Shown in pieces: positions 8,390-16,300 of a DNA stretch of 32,298 nucleotides. The notes below the pieces were generated by a model. That model was not told the origin of the DNA. It saw only the letters and a list, made by a program, of their open reading frames with translations, and made no database searches. Position 1 is the stretch's first letter. Every line of letters begins with the position of its first letter. This stretch comes from an uncultured Pirellulaceae bacterium (GTDB lineage: Bacteria > Planctomycetota > Planctomycetia > Pirellulales > Pirellulaceae). The stretch is from the NCBI GenBank assembly GCA_964607555.1, contig CAZSOG010000001.1, forward strand, positions 1 through 32,298. The letters run 5' to 3'. The position numbers and the translations under genes are program-made.

Positions 8390-9040
8390 ATGCCCGACCC
8401 ACTTGATCCCGACAGTCTGCTTGTCCAGCGCATCCGGCAAGGTGATACGGACGCATGGGGCGACTTGATCTCCCGATATGAAGGCCGCTTGCTGGCGTTC
8501 GTCGAGAGTCGGATCGGCCACCGGGGCGCGTCCGAGGACGTCGTCCAGGAAGCATTCATCGGTTTTCTGACGAGTTTGCCCAACTACGACGGCCGCCGGC
8601 CGCTGGAAAGCTACCTCTTTTCGATCTGTGCTTATAAACTGACCGATCACTTGCGGCGTGAGGGCCGGCGCCCGCGCATTCCGCTTTCGTCGGGCAGTGA
8701 CTCGGGTGGCCAGTGGCAGCTGCCGAGCAGTGATCGGGCTGCCAGCAGCATCGCCCGGAGCGGCGAGCGTCATGGTCTGGAAGAACGGGCCTTGATCTCC
8801 GCAATGCGCGAGCAGATCGTCCGCTGGAAAAAAAGGGGCGATTGGACAAAACTGAAATGCATCGAGTTGATTTTCGTTCGCGGCTGGGCGAATAAGGCAG
8901 TCGCGGGAAAACTGCGGATCACCGAACAGCAAGTCGCCAATTTCAAGTTCGATTTCATCGCCCGTACCAAAGCCATCGTCCGCCGGCAGGGTCTTTCGGA
9001 AGATGTCTTTCCCGAGCTGTATCGGTCGGAAGAAAAATGA
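8390..9040 (+). CDS. ECF-type RNA polymerase sigma-70 family factor
   Basis: The sigma-2 region reads 'DAWGDLISRYEGRLLAFVESRIG...EDVVQEAFIGFL...YLFSICAYKLTDHLRR'. The sigma-4 HTH reads 'IELIFVRGWANKAVAGKLRITEQQVANFKF'. An unusually long Ser/Gly/Arg-rich linker separates them. Confidence 0.9.
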   Translation: MPDPLDPDSLLVQRIRQGDTDAWGDLISRYEGRLLAFVESRIGHRGASEDVVQEAFIGFLTSLPNYDGRRPLESYLFSICAYKLTDHLRREGRRPRIPLSSGSDSGGQWQLPSSDRAASSIARSGERHGLEERALISAMREQIVRWKKRGDWTKLKCIELIFVRGWANKAVAGKLRITEQQVANFKFDFIARTKAIVRRQGLSEDVFPELYRSEEK

Positions 9041-9081
9041 AGGAACACACACCGTGCGGGTACCCCCGAAAAACGTAACAC

Positions 9082-9522
9082 ATGCATTGTGTGCCGCATC
9101 GAGTTGTCATGAAAGCAAAGTTCACCGAACTTGAATTGGAAGCCTACCTGGACGAGGCACTCGCGCCACCGGACATGGCGGCGATCGAGGCCGAATTGCG
9201 GCACTCGCACGAGTTGGTCGAACAACTCGCGGCAATTAATTCACGACGTGATGCCGGCGTGCATTCGCTCGGCGAGATCTGGCGCCGGCATCGCATGAGC
9301 TGTCCAAAGCGCGAACAACTTGGCAGCTTTCTTCTCGGCGTCCTCGAACAAGACGAGGCCGATTACATCCAGTTCCATGTGGACGTCGTGGCATGCCGCG
9401 CTTGCCATGCGAATTTGGAGGATCTGAAACGGCGCCAGGCTGAATCACAGGACTCAGTCGTCGTTCGTCGCCGCCGTTATTTTGATTCGAGTGCCGGCTA
9501 TCTCCGCCAGGATGAGACCTGA
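9082..9522 (+). CDS. Putative zinc-finger (zf-HC2/ZAS-like) anti-sigma factor, soluble
   Basis: It lies immediately downstream of the ECF sigma. The candidate metal ligands form a Cys...His...CxxC-His pattern: 'SCPKREQLGSFLLGVLEQDEADYIQFHVDVVACRACH'. There is no TM segment. ATG 9109 (MKAKF...) is an alternative start. Confidence 0.6.
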   Translation: MHCVPHRVVMKAKFTELELEAYLDEALAPPDMAAIEAELRHSHELVEQLAAINSRRDAGVHSLGEIWRRHRMSCPKREQLGSFLLGVLEQDEADYIQFHVDVVACRACHANLEDLKRRQAESQDSVVVRRRRYFDSSAGYLRQDET

Positions 9523-9611
9523 ATGCCATGCTTCGGCTCCCTCCAAAACTGACCATTGTGAAACCCGGCTCGCCCGGACCTCTTGAATCACACCAATAAG
9601 GATGCATCATC

Positions 9612-10502
9612 ATGACGCGAAGACTCGGCTTGGCAGTTGTCACTTCATTGTTTCTCTTGGTGCCGATCGGTGCCCATGCGGCAGCACCGCTGAAGGCGTT
9701 GATTGTGGATGGCCAAAATAACCACAATTGGCGTGAGACCACACCCATTTTGAAGCAGCTTCTGGAGCAGACCAAGTTGTTCACGGTCGATGTCGCGACG
9801 TCGCCGCCCAAGAACGCGGATATGAGTGGCTTCAAACCCTCGTTCGCGAAGTACGATGTCGTTGTCAGTAACTATAACGGCGACCCGTGGCCCGCGGCAA
9901 CAAATCAAGCACTGGTCCGCTTCGTCGCGGGTGGCGGTGGATTAGTGAGCTATCATGCGGCCGACAACGCTTTCCCGAAATGGGAAGAGTATAACAAGAT
10001 GATCGCGATCGGCGGCTGGGGTGGCCGGAACGAGGCCAGCGGCCCCTATCTGCGCTGGCGCGACGGGAAGGCTGTCCGCGTTCAGGAGCCGGGCAGGGGC
10101 GGCGGGCACGGCCCGCAACACCCATTTCAAATCGTCGTTCGAGATCCTGATCACCCCATCATGCGCGGCCTGCCGCCCGTCTTCATGCATGCCAGCGATG
10201 AACTTTACAGCTGGTTGCGTGGACCGGCGGAGAATGTCGATGTGCTTGCCACCGCCTTCTCCGATAAGAAATTCCGTGGTAGCGGTGAACACGAGCCGAT
10301 GCTCATGGCGATCAAGTATGGCAAGGGACGCGTGTTTCACACGACACTTGGCCATGCCAAGTCGCAATGCCATTGTGTCGCGTTCATTGTCACATTTCAG
10401 CGTGGCACTGAATGGGCCGCAACCGGCAAGGTGACGCTGCCGATTCCCGATGATTTTCCCGGTCCGGATGCTCCGGTCGTGCGACCCGATAGTCGTAACT
10501 GA
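9612..10502 (+). CDS. Secreted ThuA domain-containing protein
   Basis: AAGGA lies about 10 nt upstream. The signal peptide is 'LAVVTSLFLLVPIGAHAAAP'. ThuA-like blocks include 'ALIVDGQNNHNW', 'YDVVVSNYNGDPWP', 'FVAGGGGLVSYHAADNAF', 'DHPIMRGLP', 'DELY' and 'YGKGRVFHTTLGH'. Confidence 0.8.
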   Translation: MTRRLGLAVVTSLFLLVPIGAHAAAPLKALIVDGQNNHNWRETTPILKQLLEQTKLFTVDVATSPPKNADMSGFKPSFAKYDVVVSNYNGDPWPAATNQALVRFVAGGGGLVSYHAADNAFPKWEEYNKMIAIGGWGGRNEASGPYLRWRDGKAVRVQEPGRGGGHGPQHPFQIVVRDPDHPIMRGLPPVFMHASDELYSWLRGPAENVDVLATAFSDKKFRGSGEHEPMLMAIKYGKGRVFHTTLGHAKSQCHCVAFIVTFQRGTEWAATGKVTLPIPDDFPGPDAPVVRPDSRN

Positions 10503-10693
10503 AACATGGCGGAATTGCCACGCAATCGCGGTCGAATCGTCCCGCGTCGTTGGCGGTTTCAAAGGAAAGGTCGTGTTAAGAACGGTAATTGTGGTTGTGT
10601 TTCAACCGCTCCGATTCTACCGGTTTGTCCCGCCGCGAGACTGCGGTCGAACGTGGTTCCAGACCGGAAAAGGCGTTAGGGATTTCAACAGCG

Positions 10694-11614
10694 ATGATCA
10701 TGTTTGATGATGGCCAACCGGTGCCGGAAGATGAGGATCACCAGGATGCGGTTGATGAACTCAATCAGCAACTGCAAGTGGTATCGAACGCGTACAATGC
10801 GGCACCGGACCCCGAAATGGGCAATTTGTCGCCCGAGCAAGTCACGCACTTGATCTATGCGCCGTGGGGTGAGCCCGGTAGTCCAATCCAGTTCCACACC
10901 AATATGCCGCTAGCGGATCTTGATAAGAGCGAGTTATTCGTTTCCGTACGAACAATGTTGCTTGCCGTGGTGGAGCGTGGTGGTGTCAAAGCCACCGCGA
11001 GCAAGAATTTGACGCGTCGCTTCGTCTCGGAAATGATGGAGATCCTGTTGACCGAGGAGCAGCGGGAAGAAATCTACAAGTATCGGAAGACGATCAATGA
11101 AAAGGATGTCTGGCCGGTGCACGATGCACGTGTGGTTGCACAGGTTGCCGGCATGCTTCGACTCAACAAAGGGAAATTCGTTGTGCCTGCAAAGTGGACT
11201 TCGTTATTGACTCCCGAGCGGGCTGGTGAGCTGTTTATGCGACTCTTTAAGAAGCACTTCACGAAATCTAACTTGGCTTATTTCGATAACTTCCCCGAAG
11301 TACGTTCGATCCAGTCTTGTGTGGGCTATACGTTCTACCGATTGGGAATCGTCGCGACAGATTGGCACGACGTGGAGGATTTGCCCGTTGCAACGCTATT
11401 GCCTGCCGTGCGAATTGATATTGAGGACCAATTCGGTGGCCACCCATTCGTGACGGTGAACCGTCTTTATGTGTGGCGAATTCTCATGCCGTTGATCCGA
11501 TGGGGACTTCTGGAAGGTCGCTATGAACACCGGGAGAGCAAGCACGTCAAGTCGCTGGTGAGCATCCGCCCAACCCCATTGTATGGAAAGTTTTTTTGTT
11601 TTCACGTCGCGTGA
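10694..11614 (+). CDS. Hypothetical protein (306 aa), no recognised family
   Basis: The long ORF opens at 10589, and the first ATG is at 10694 (MIMFDDGQ...). It has an acidic N-terminus, no TM helix and no signal peptide. It appears less GC-rich by eye than neighbouring genes and is convergent with the PKS genes. Confidence 0.65.
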   Translation: MIMFDDGQPVPEDEDHQDAVDELNQQLQVVSNAYNAAPDPEMGNLSPEQVTHLIYAPWGEPGSPIQFHTNMPLADLDKSELFVSVRTMLLAVVERGGVKATASKNLTRRFVSEMMEILLTEEQREEIYKYRKTINEKDVWPVHDARVVAQVAGMLRLNKGKFVVPAKWTSLLTPERAGELFMRLFKKHFTKSNLAYFDNFPEVRSIQSCVGYTFYRLGIVATDWHDVEDLPVATLLPAVRIDIEDQFGGHPFVTVNRLYVWRILMPLIRWGLLEGRYEHRESKHVKSLVSIRPTPLYGKFFCFHVA

Positions 11615-11656
11615 AAGAACAAGACTCCGTTGCATGATGCCATCATGTTGGGAGGG

Positions 11657-14600
11657 CTATGCTTCGGCCCGAAATGCTAGTGCAGTGATGACTTGCGCGC
11701 CGGACGCCGTATGGGCGAGTATGTCCTGGCAATCCGGCTGGTATCGAATATGCATCGCGCCGTCTGGTTGCACATCAGTCAATTCGAATTGCCGTGGGCG
11801 CCCCTGCAATCCGGTGCCAAGCATTTTCGCGGCGGCTTCCTTGGCGCACCAGAGCCGCGTAGCCCACGCTTCCGACGGTTGGCTTTCGAGAAGCGGCGCC
11901 AGAATGGTCCGTTCACTTGGCGATGTGAAATCGTCCAGCACCCGCTGTGCCGTATTGTCCGTTGCGTCCTCGAAATCGATCCCGCACGGTTGTGCCGCAG
12001 CGATCGCCATCGCCATCCCGTCTGCATGCGCGATGCTGACCGACGGCAACTCCGAGATTCCGGAAATTGGTTCGACGTGGGGACAGCCGAATTCATCAGC
12101 GGAAATGCCGACTTCCACGGGGTGAAGCGGATGTGGGGCTGTCCGATCACGGAGCCACATCCGCACGACGTCCTTCGCTGCAATGCGCCCCGCGAGATAC
12201 TCGTGCCGGCGCTTTGTTGTCATCGACGCGAACGACTTGAGTTCAGCTGCTGTCAGGTAGAGTCGCGCGATCCATTGCGTGTTGCCTCGGTTTAACTCGC
12301 CACAGCTGAGTCGTGCCATCATGCCGTGGGCAGGCAGCCCGGGCACGGTATATGGCTGTGCGACCATCTTTTCGGCGGGCAGACGCTGAACTTCCATCAT
12401 GCGCCGTGAGTGCGGCAGGACAATGTCGGACCACCCGCGAATACGCATCCATGCGAATCCGTCGCCGTCCTGAACCTCAATATCCGCTGTGATGATGTGG
12501 GCCTTGCGATCATATCGCGTGACTTGAATACGCACCGGGATCTTCAGTCCGCGGGCCGGCGATGGGCGGTATAGCTCGAGCTTTTCAATACCGATCGGTA
12601 GGACGTGACAATCATGTGCTTGTGCCCAGCAACCAACCAACTGGCCGACGCCGTCAATGACCGCCGGGTCGGTCAGCAGTTCGGGGTTGCGGACCGATGC
12701 AAAGAGGTCATGGCGTGGCAACGTCGACAGCGTGCTGTCAAGTCCAGAATCGCCCAGCTTACCGAACGCGGTCACGGACTGAAAACGCGGCCCGTGAAAC
12801 GTATATCTTTCGCCATACAGCTGATCCCAACGGCACGGCCACGGACGCGTGCCGGCAATCGGCGCGAAAGTCAAGTCGACCTCCTGTTGGTATTGCGCAC
12901 CGAACAGCAGTGTCGCGCTGGCACAGAGTCGGTCCGCACAATGCACTCTGGCCTGGACACGGCGCGCCTCGCGATCTCCATCTCCGTTGACCCAACGCGC
13001 TTCGACACGGACATCGACCTCCGGTACATCCTCGAACCAGATCCAATGCAGGGCTTTCATGTCTTCAATACCGATAAGGCCCAATCCAGGCGCTAGATAA
13101 GCCGACGTTTCCGCCGCCAACTCCATGGTCATGACCATCGGTAGTACCGGCAGGCACTGGTCAAGTGGCTTATGGCCGACGGCGTTCACGAAATAATGGT
13201 CATGAAGATAGAGGTCCTCATCCAGCGTGAAGCGGCGCGTGACGACGATTTCCTGGCCAGGGATGAATCGATTGACGTTCCCGGTGAATGGAATCCGGGC
13301 CGGCGCGTCGGCGTGCTGATCCGGTTTCCGTCGATGGGGCGCCGGCTCCGCGAAATCGCATACGCGGTTTGGTGCGATCAACCACTCCAAACTCAAATGG
13401 ATCTGCTCGGGGGGCGGCGGACAATCGACCTGGGGCTCATGCAGGTCCAGGCGACGCACTTTGCGATAGTGATACAAGAGCGATGGATTGAAGTGAGCAC
13501 CGGATATGAACAGCGTGCCGACCAGAACATTGAGATGCGTGATCGGGTCTTGGGATTCGGCATCGATGTCAACCGACACCACGTCCTGGTCCGGCAAGTC
13601 GGCCTTCAGATTGCCGGCAATGCTGGCACAGCCCGCCTGGACAAAGATCCGCGCACCGTCATCATACATTTTCTGATTTGTTTGCCAAAAGCGGATTGGA
13701 TGATCCAGGTTCGCTGTGACCAGTTCACGGATGTTCCGATCATCTTTTGGAAACACGTCCGCGGCAATCGATGAATAGACCGGGAGCTTTGGAGGATGAA
13801 GTGCTGTCAGCCGCTGGCCAACGTACTGCTGGCGCAGGTGGCTCATGTGCGGCGTGTGTCCCGGAACGTATGGCAAAGTCACGGCCATGGTTCGTTGCCG
13901 ACGCAATTGATCGACGGCCGCTTGAATGGACTCGGTACTTCCGCCAAGCAGAACCTGTTTGTGGGAAACGTATGCCGCGACGTAAATATGTTCATTGACC
14001 GCTAGAAGCTGCTCCAATTGCGCCTCATCGAGTGTCGCGAATGCCATGCGACCCGGTATCTGCAAGGTCATGGGATCGAGCAGGGTTTGCCAAATACTCG
14101 GACGCACCACCGATTCGAAATCGACGGATTCCGCCACGGCGAGGGCCACCAGATCACCAAAGCTTTGACCCGCCACCATGTCCGGTCTCACGCCCAATGC
14201 TTGCAACAAAGTCCATCCAAGCCAGTTGCTCAATACGACGCCGATCCCGGACAGATTACGTTCCGACGCGGCAACCGAGAACGGAATCTGTTGTTGATCA
14301 ACCGCCGGCGGTGGCGCAAGTCGCAGCTTCAGTGATTCTTGCAGCGATGTGCGCAGCGTCGCTGGCGGATCGAGAACGCACGACAAGGGGACCGGGTCCT
14401 CGGGGTGCCCGTCCTTGGCCTCGAACTTGTCCAATTGTGCACGGAGTTCAGGGAAGCACATCGCCATTTGCAGCACGTGCTTCGGGTAGTTGCCGATCAG
14501 GCCGGGAATGGCCATGCCGGGGAACAAGATAGCGAGCTTGCCGCGCGGTTTCAAAGCGGTCCGGCTGAAATATACTTCGGCGCCCGAACTGTCGGGTGTT

Positions 14601-16300
14601 TCCTCCACGTCGACGCGTGCCGCCCAATCCGTGATCTGGCGAAGCAGATCGTCGGTATCGCGACTGATCAGTGCGAGTTTAACGGGCTGTGCGAAATCCA
14701 CTTCGGTCTGCAATGTGAAACAGACATCGGCCAGCCGTGCATCCGACTTGTCCCGTTCAAGAAAACCGCGAACCACGTCCAATTGGTCCCGCAGCAATTC
14801 GGTCGAAGCTGCGCTAAACAAAGCGACCTCGGTTGCCTGCTGGTGGGCGGAGTGTATCGGGCGTGCCAGGCAACTGCCGGCCGGCGTACCGACAGGTTCG
14901 GTGAACTCCTCCAGCACGACATGTGAATTGATTCCGCCGAACCCAAACGCACTGACCCCCGCGCGCCGCGGCGGGCCGGGGCTCGGGTGAATCCAGGGCC
15001 GCGCTTCCAGCGGCAGATAGAACGAAGTCTCGGCAAGCGCCGCGCGTGGCTCGTCACTGTTGAGTGTTGGTGGAATGACTTTGTGCGTCAGTGCCATGAC
15101 GGTGCGAATCAAAGACGCCATGCCGGCCGCCGGCATGGTGTGCCCAATCATGGACTTGACCGATCCAAGCGCACGCGCCGGCAGGTCGGCCGGTTTGAAA
15201 AACGATCGAATCGTCTCCAACTCAACGGGGTCGCCGGCGATCGTACCGGTCCCATGCGCTTCCAGGTAAGATACCGTGTCTGGGTCAACCCGCGCGTCGC
15301 GGTAGGCCGCTTGCAAAGCACGAATCTGACCCGACGATGACGGCATGAGCACGCTGGTCTCGCCGGCGTCGCTGGCGCTACCAACGCCCTTGATCACCGC
15401 GTAGATGCGATCGCCATTGGCTAATGCATCATGGAGTCGTTTCAACACGACCGTACCGGCGCCTTCGCCGAGCAGCAGCCCGTCAGCCCGTCGATCGAAT
15501 GGCCGAACGACTCCGTTTTTCGAGAGGGCCCGAAGGTGGGTGAAGACGAACCAGAAAGGTGGGATCTGGCACAAGTGGACGCCGGAGATGACCGCCATGT
15601 CACACTGTCGCCCGCGCAGCCGCGCCACGCCCTGCTCCAACGCGATCAGCGAGGAAGCACAGGCGGCATCGACAACATAGGCGACACCGCCCAGTTTCAT
15701 CCGGTTACTCATGCGGCTTGCCACGAGGTTCGGAATGCAGGTCGACAAGCTGTCCGGCGAGTTGGGTGGCAAGCATGATCTGAGCTGCGTTTCAATGTCA
15801 TCCAGTTCCGACGAATCGAGTTCCGGAAATCGCTGTCTCAAGAACGGCTTGACGCGGAACAACGAATCCACACGCAGAAACACCTCGGCCATCTTGGCGC
15901 TCAGGTACCCGCCGCGACCGACAATCGCGTCAGTTCGTTCCCGTATTGGGTCGTCATCATCAACGCCCGCATCCTTGAGTGCCGCGTCGGCAATATGCAG
16001 CAGCACGAACTGATCGGGATCCGCGTGTTGCAGGACATTTGGCATGATTCCGAAGCGGCGTGGATTGAACCCGATGTCGCGCGGTATGAAGCCACCACGA
16101 GTGCAGACAATCCGTACCTCGTGACCTTCGGGCAAGTTGTAAAACAGATCACTATTCCAGCGATCCGCGGGGACGTCGGAAATCGCGTCGACCTGATTGA
16201 CGTTGTTGGCCCAATAGCTGTCCAAATCGCGCGCGCCGGGAAAGACGCACGCCATCCCGATTACGGCAATGTCCCGATTTTCGGCAACCGGTCCGTTCAT
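11657..16300 (-). CDS. Iterative type I PKS subunit 2: KS - divergent AT - double-hotdog DH - Sfp-type PPTase (1547 aa)
   Basis: The start is set at ATG 16300, which forms an ATGA overlap with the upstream stop, because the KS begins right after it ('MNGPVAENRDIAVIGMACVFPG'). All positions here are aa numbers counted from that ATG.
- KS, aa 8-465: 'VVDAACASSL' (Cys214), 'EAHGTGT', 'GSVKSMIGH'.
- AT-like, aa 588-900: 'ILFPGMAIPG', 'VAGQSFGDL', 'GHTPHM'.
- DH, aa 1000-1300: 'LYLHDHYFVNAVGHKPL...P' and 'DPAVIDGVGQL'.
- PPTase, aa 1335-1547: 'YLAGRIAAKDV', 'SIAHADG', 'CGIDFE', 'WCAKEAAAKMLG'.
No ACP motif is present. Confidence 0.9.
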   Translation of the reverse strand: MNGPVAENRDIAVIGMACVFPGARDLDSYWANNVNQVDAISDVPADRWNSDLFYNLPEGHEVRIVCTRGGFIPRDIGFNPRRFGIMPNVLQHADPDQFVLLHIADAALKDAGVDDDDPIRERTDAIVGRGGYLSAKMAEVFLRVDSLFRVKPFLRQRFPELDSSELDDIETQLRSCLPPNSPDSLSTCIPNLVASRMSNRMKLGGVAYVVDAACASSLIALEQGVARLRGRQCDMAVISGVHLCQIPPFWFVFTHLRALSKNGVVRPFDRRADGLLLGEGAGTVVLKRLHDALANGDRIYAVIKGVGSASDAGETSVLMPSSSGQIRALQAAYRDARVDPDTVSYLEAHGTGTIAGDPVELETIRSFFKPADLPARALGSVKSMIGHTMPAAGMASLIRTVMALTHKVIPPTLNSDEPRAALAETSFYLPLEARPWIHPSPGPPRRAGVSAFGFGGINSHVVLEEFTEPVGTPAGSCLARPIHSAHQQATEVALFSAASTELLRDQLDVVRGFLERDKSDARLADVCFTLQTEVDFAQPVKLALISRDTDDLLRQITDWAARVDVEETPDSSGAEVYFSRTALKPRGKLAILFPGMAIPGLIGNYPKHVLQMAMCFPELRAQLDKFEAKDGHPEDPVPLSCVLDPPATLRTSLQESLKLRLAPPPAVDQQQIPFSVAASERNLSGIGVVLSNWLGWTLLQALGVRPDMVAGQSFGDLVALAVAESVDFESVVRPSIWQTLLDPMTLQIPGRMAFATLDEAQLEQLLAVNEHIYVAAYVSHKQVLLGGSTESIQAAVDQLRRQRTMAVTLPYVPGHTPHMSHLRQQYVGQRLTALHPPKLPVYSSIAADVFPKDDRNIRELVTANLDHPIRFWQTNQKMYDDGARIFVQAGCASIAGNLKADLPDQDVVSVDIDAESQDPITHLNVLVGTLFISGAHFNPSLLYHYRKVRRLDLHEPQVDCPPPPEQIHLSLEWLIAPNRVCDFAEPAPHRRKPDQHADAPARIPFTGNVNRFIPGQEIVVTRRFTLDEDLYLHDHYFVNAVGHKPLDQCLPVLPMVMTMELAAETSAYLAPGLGLIGIEDMKALHWIWFEDVPEVDVRVEARWVNGDGDREARRVQARVHCADRLCASATLLFGAQYQQEVDLTFAPIAGTRPWPCRWDQLYGERYTFHGPRFQSVTAFGKLGDSGLDSTLSTLPRHDLFASVRNPELLTDPAVIDGVGQLVGCWAQAHDCHVLPIGIEKLELYRPSPARGLKIPVRIQVTRYDRKAHIITADIEVQDGDGFAWMRIRGWSDIVLPHSRRMMEVQRLPAEKMVAQPYTVPGLPAHGMMARLSCGELNRGNTQWIARLYLTAAELKSFASMTTKRRHEYLAGRIAAKDVVRMWLRDRTAPHPLHPVEVGISADEFGCPHVEPISGISELPSVSIAHADGMAMAIAAAQPCGIDFEDATDNTAQRVLDDFTSPSERTILAPLLESQPSEAWATRLWCAKEAAAKMLGTGLQGRPRQFELTDVQPDGAMHIRYQPDCQDILAHTASGAQVITALAFRAEA

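Noticed and set aside
8378-9052. 224-aa minus-strand ORF antisense to the ECF sigma gene. The antisense ORFs inside the kinase gene (for example 6059..6682) are similar.
   Set aside because: The plus-strand frames carry unambiguous sigma-70 and kinase motifs. The antisense products are low-complexity.
9042-9076. GGAAC ... CGT, considered as an ECF-type autoregulatory promoter between the sigma and anti-sigma genes.
   Set aside because: The spacing between GGAAC and the nearest suitably placed CGT is either ~6 or ~27 nt, not the ~16-17 nt expected.
10557-10688. Three TTTCAA hexamers upstream of the orphan hypothetical gene.
   Set aside because: Their spacing is irregular (43 and 83 nt), the motif is short, and they share no flanking similarity. 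This is compatible with chance.
11632-11648. Palindrome CATGATG-C-CATCATG between the convergent hypothetical and PKS genes, considered as a bidirectional terminator.
   Set aside because: The arms leave essentially no loop, so the usable stem is about 5 bp. The stem is AT-rich and has no flanking T/A tracts outside coding sequence.
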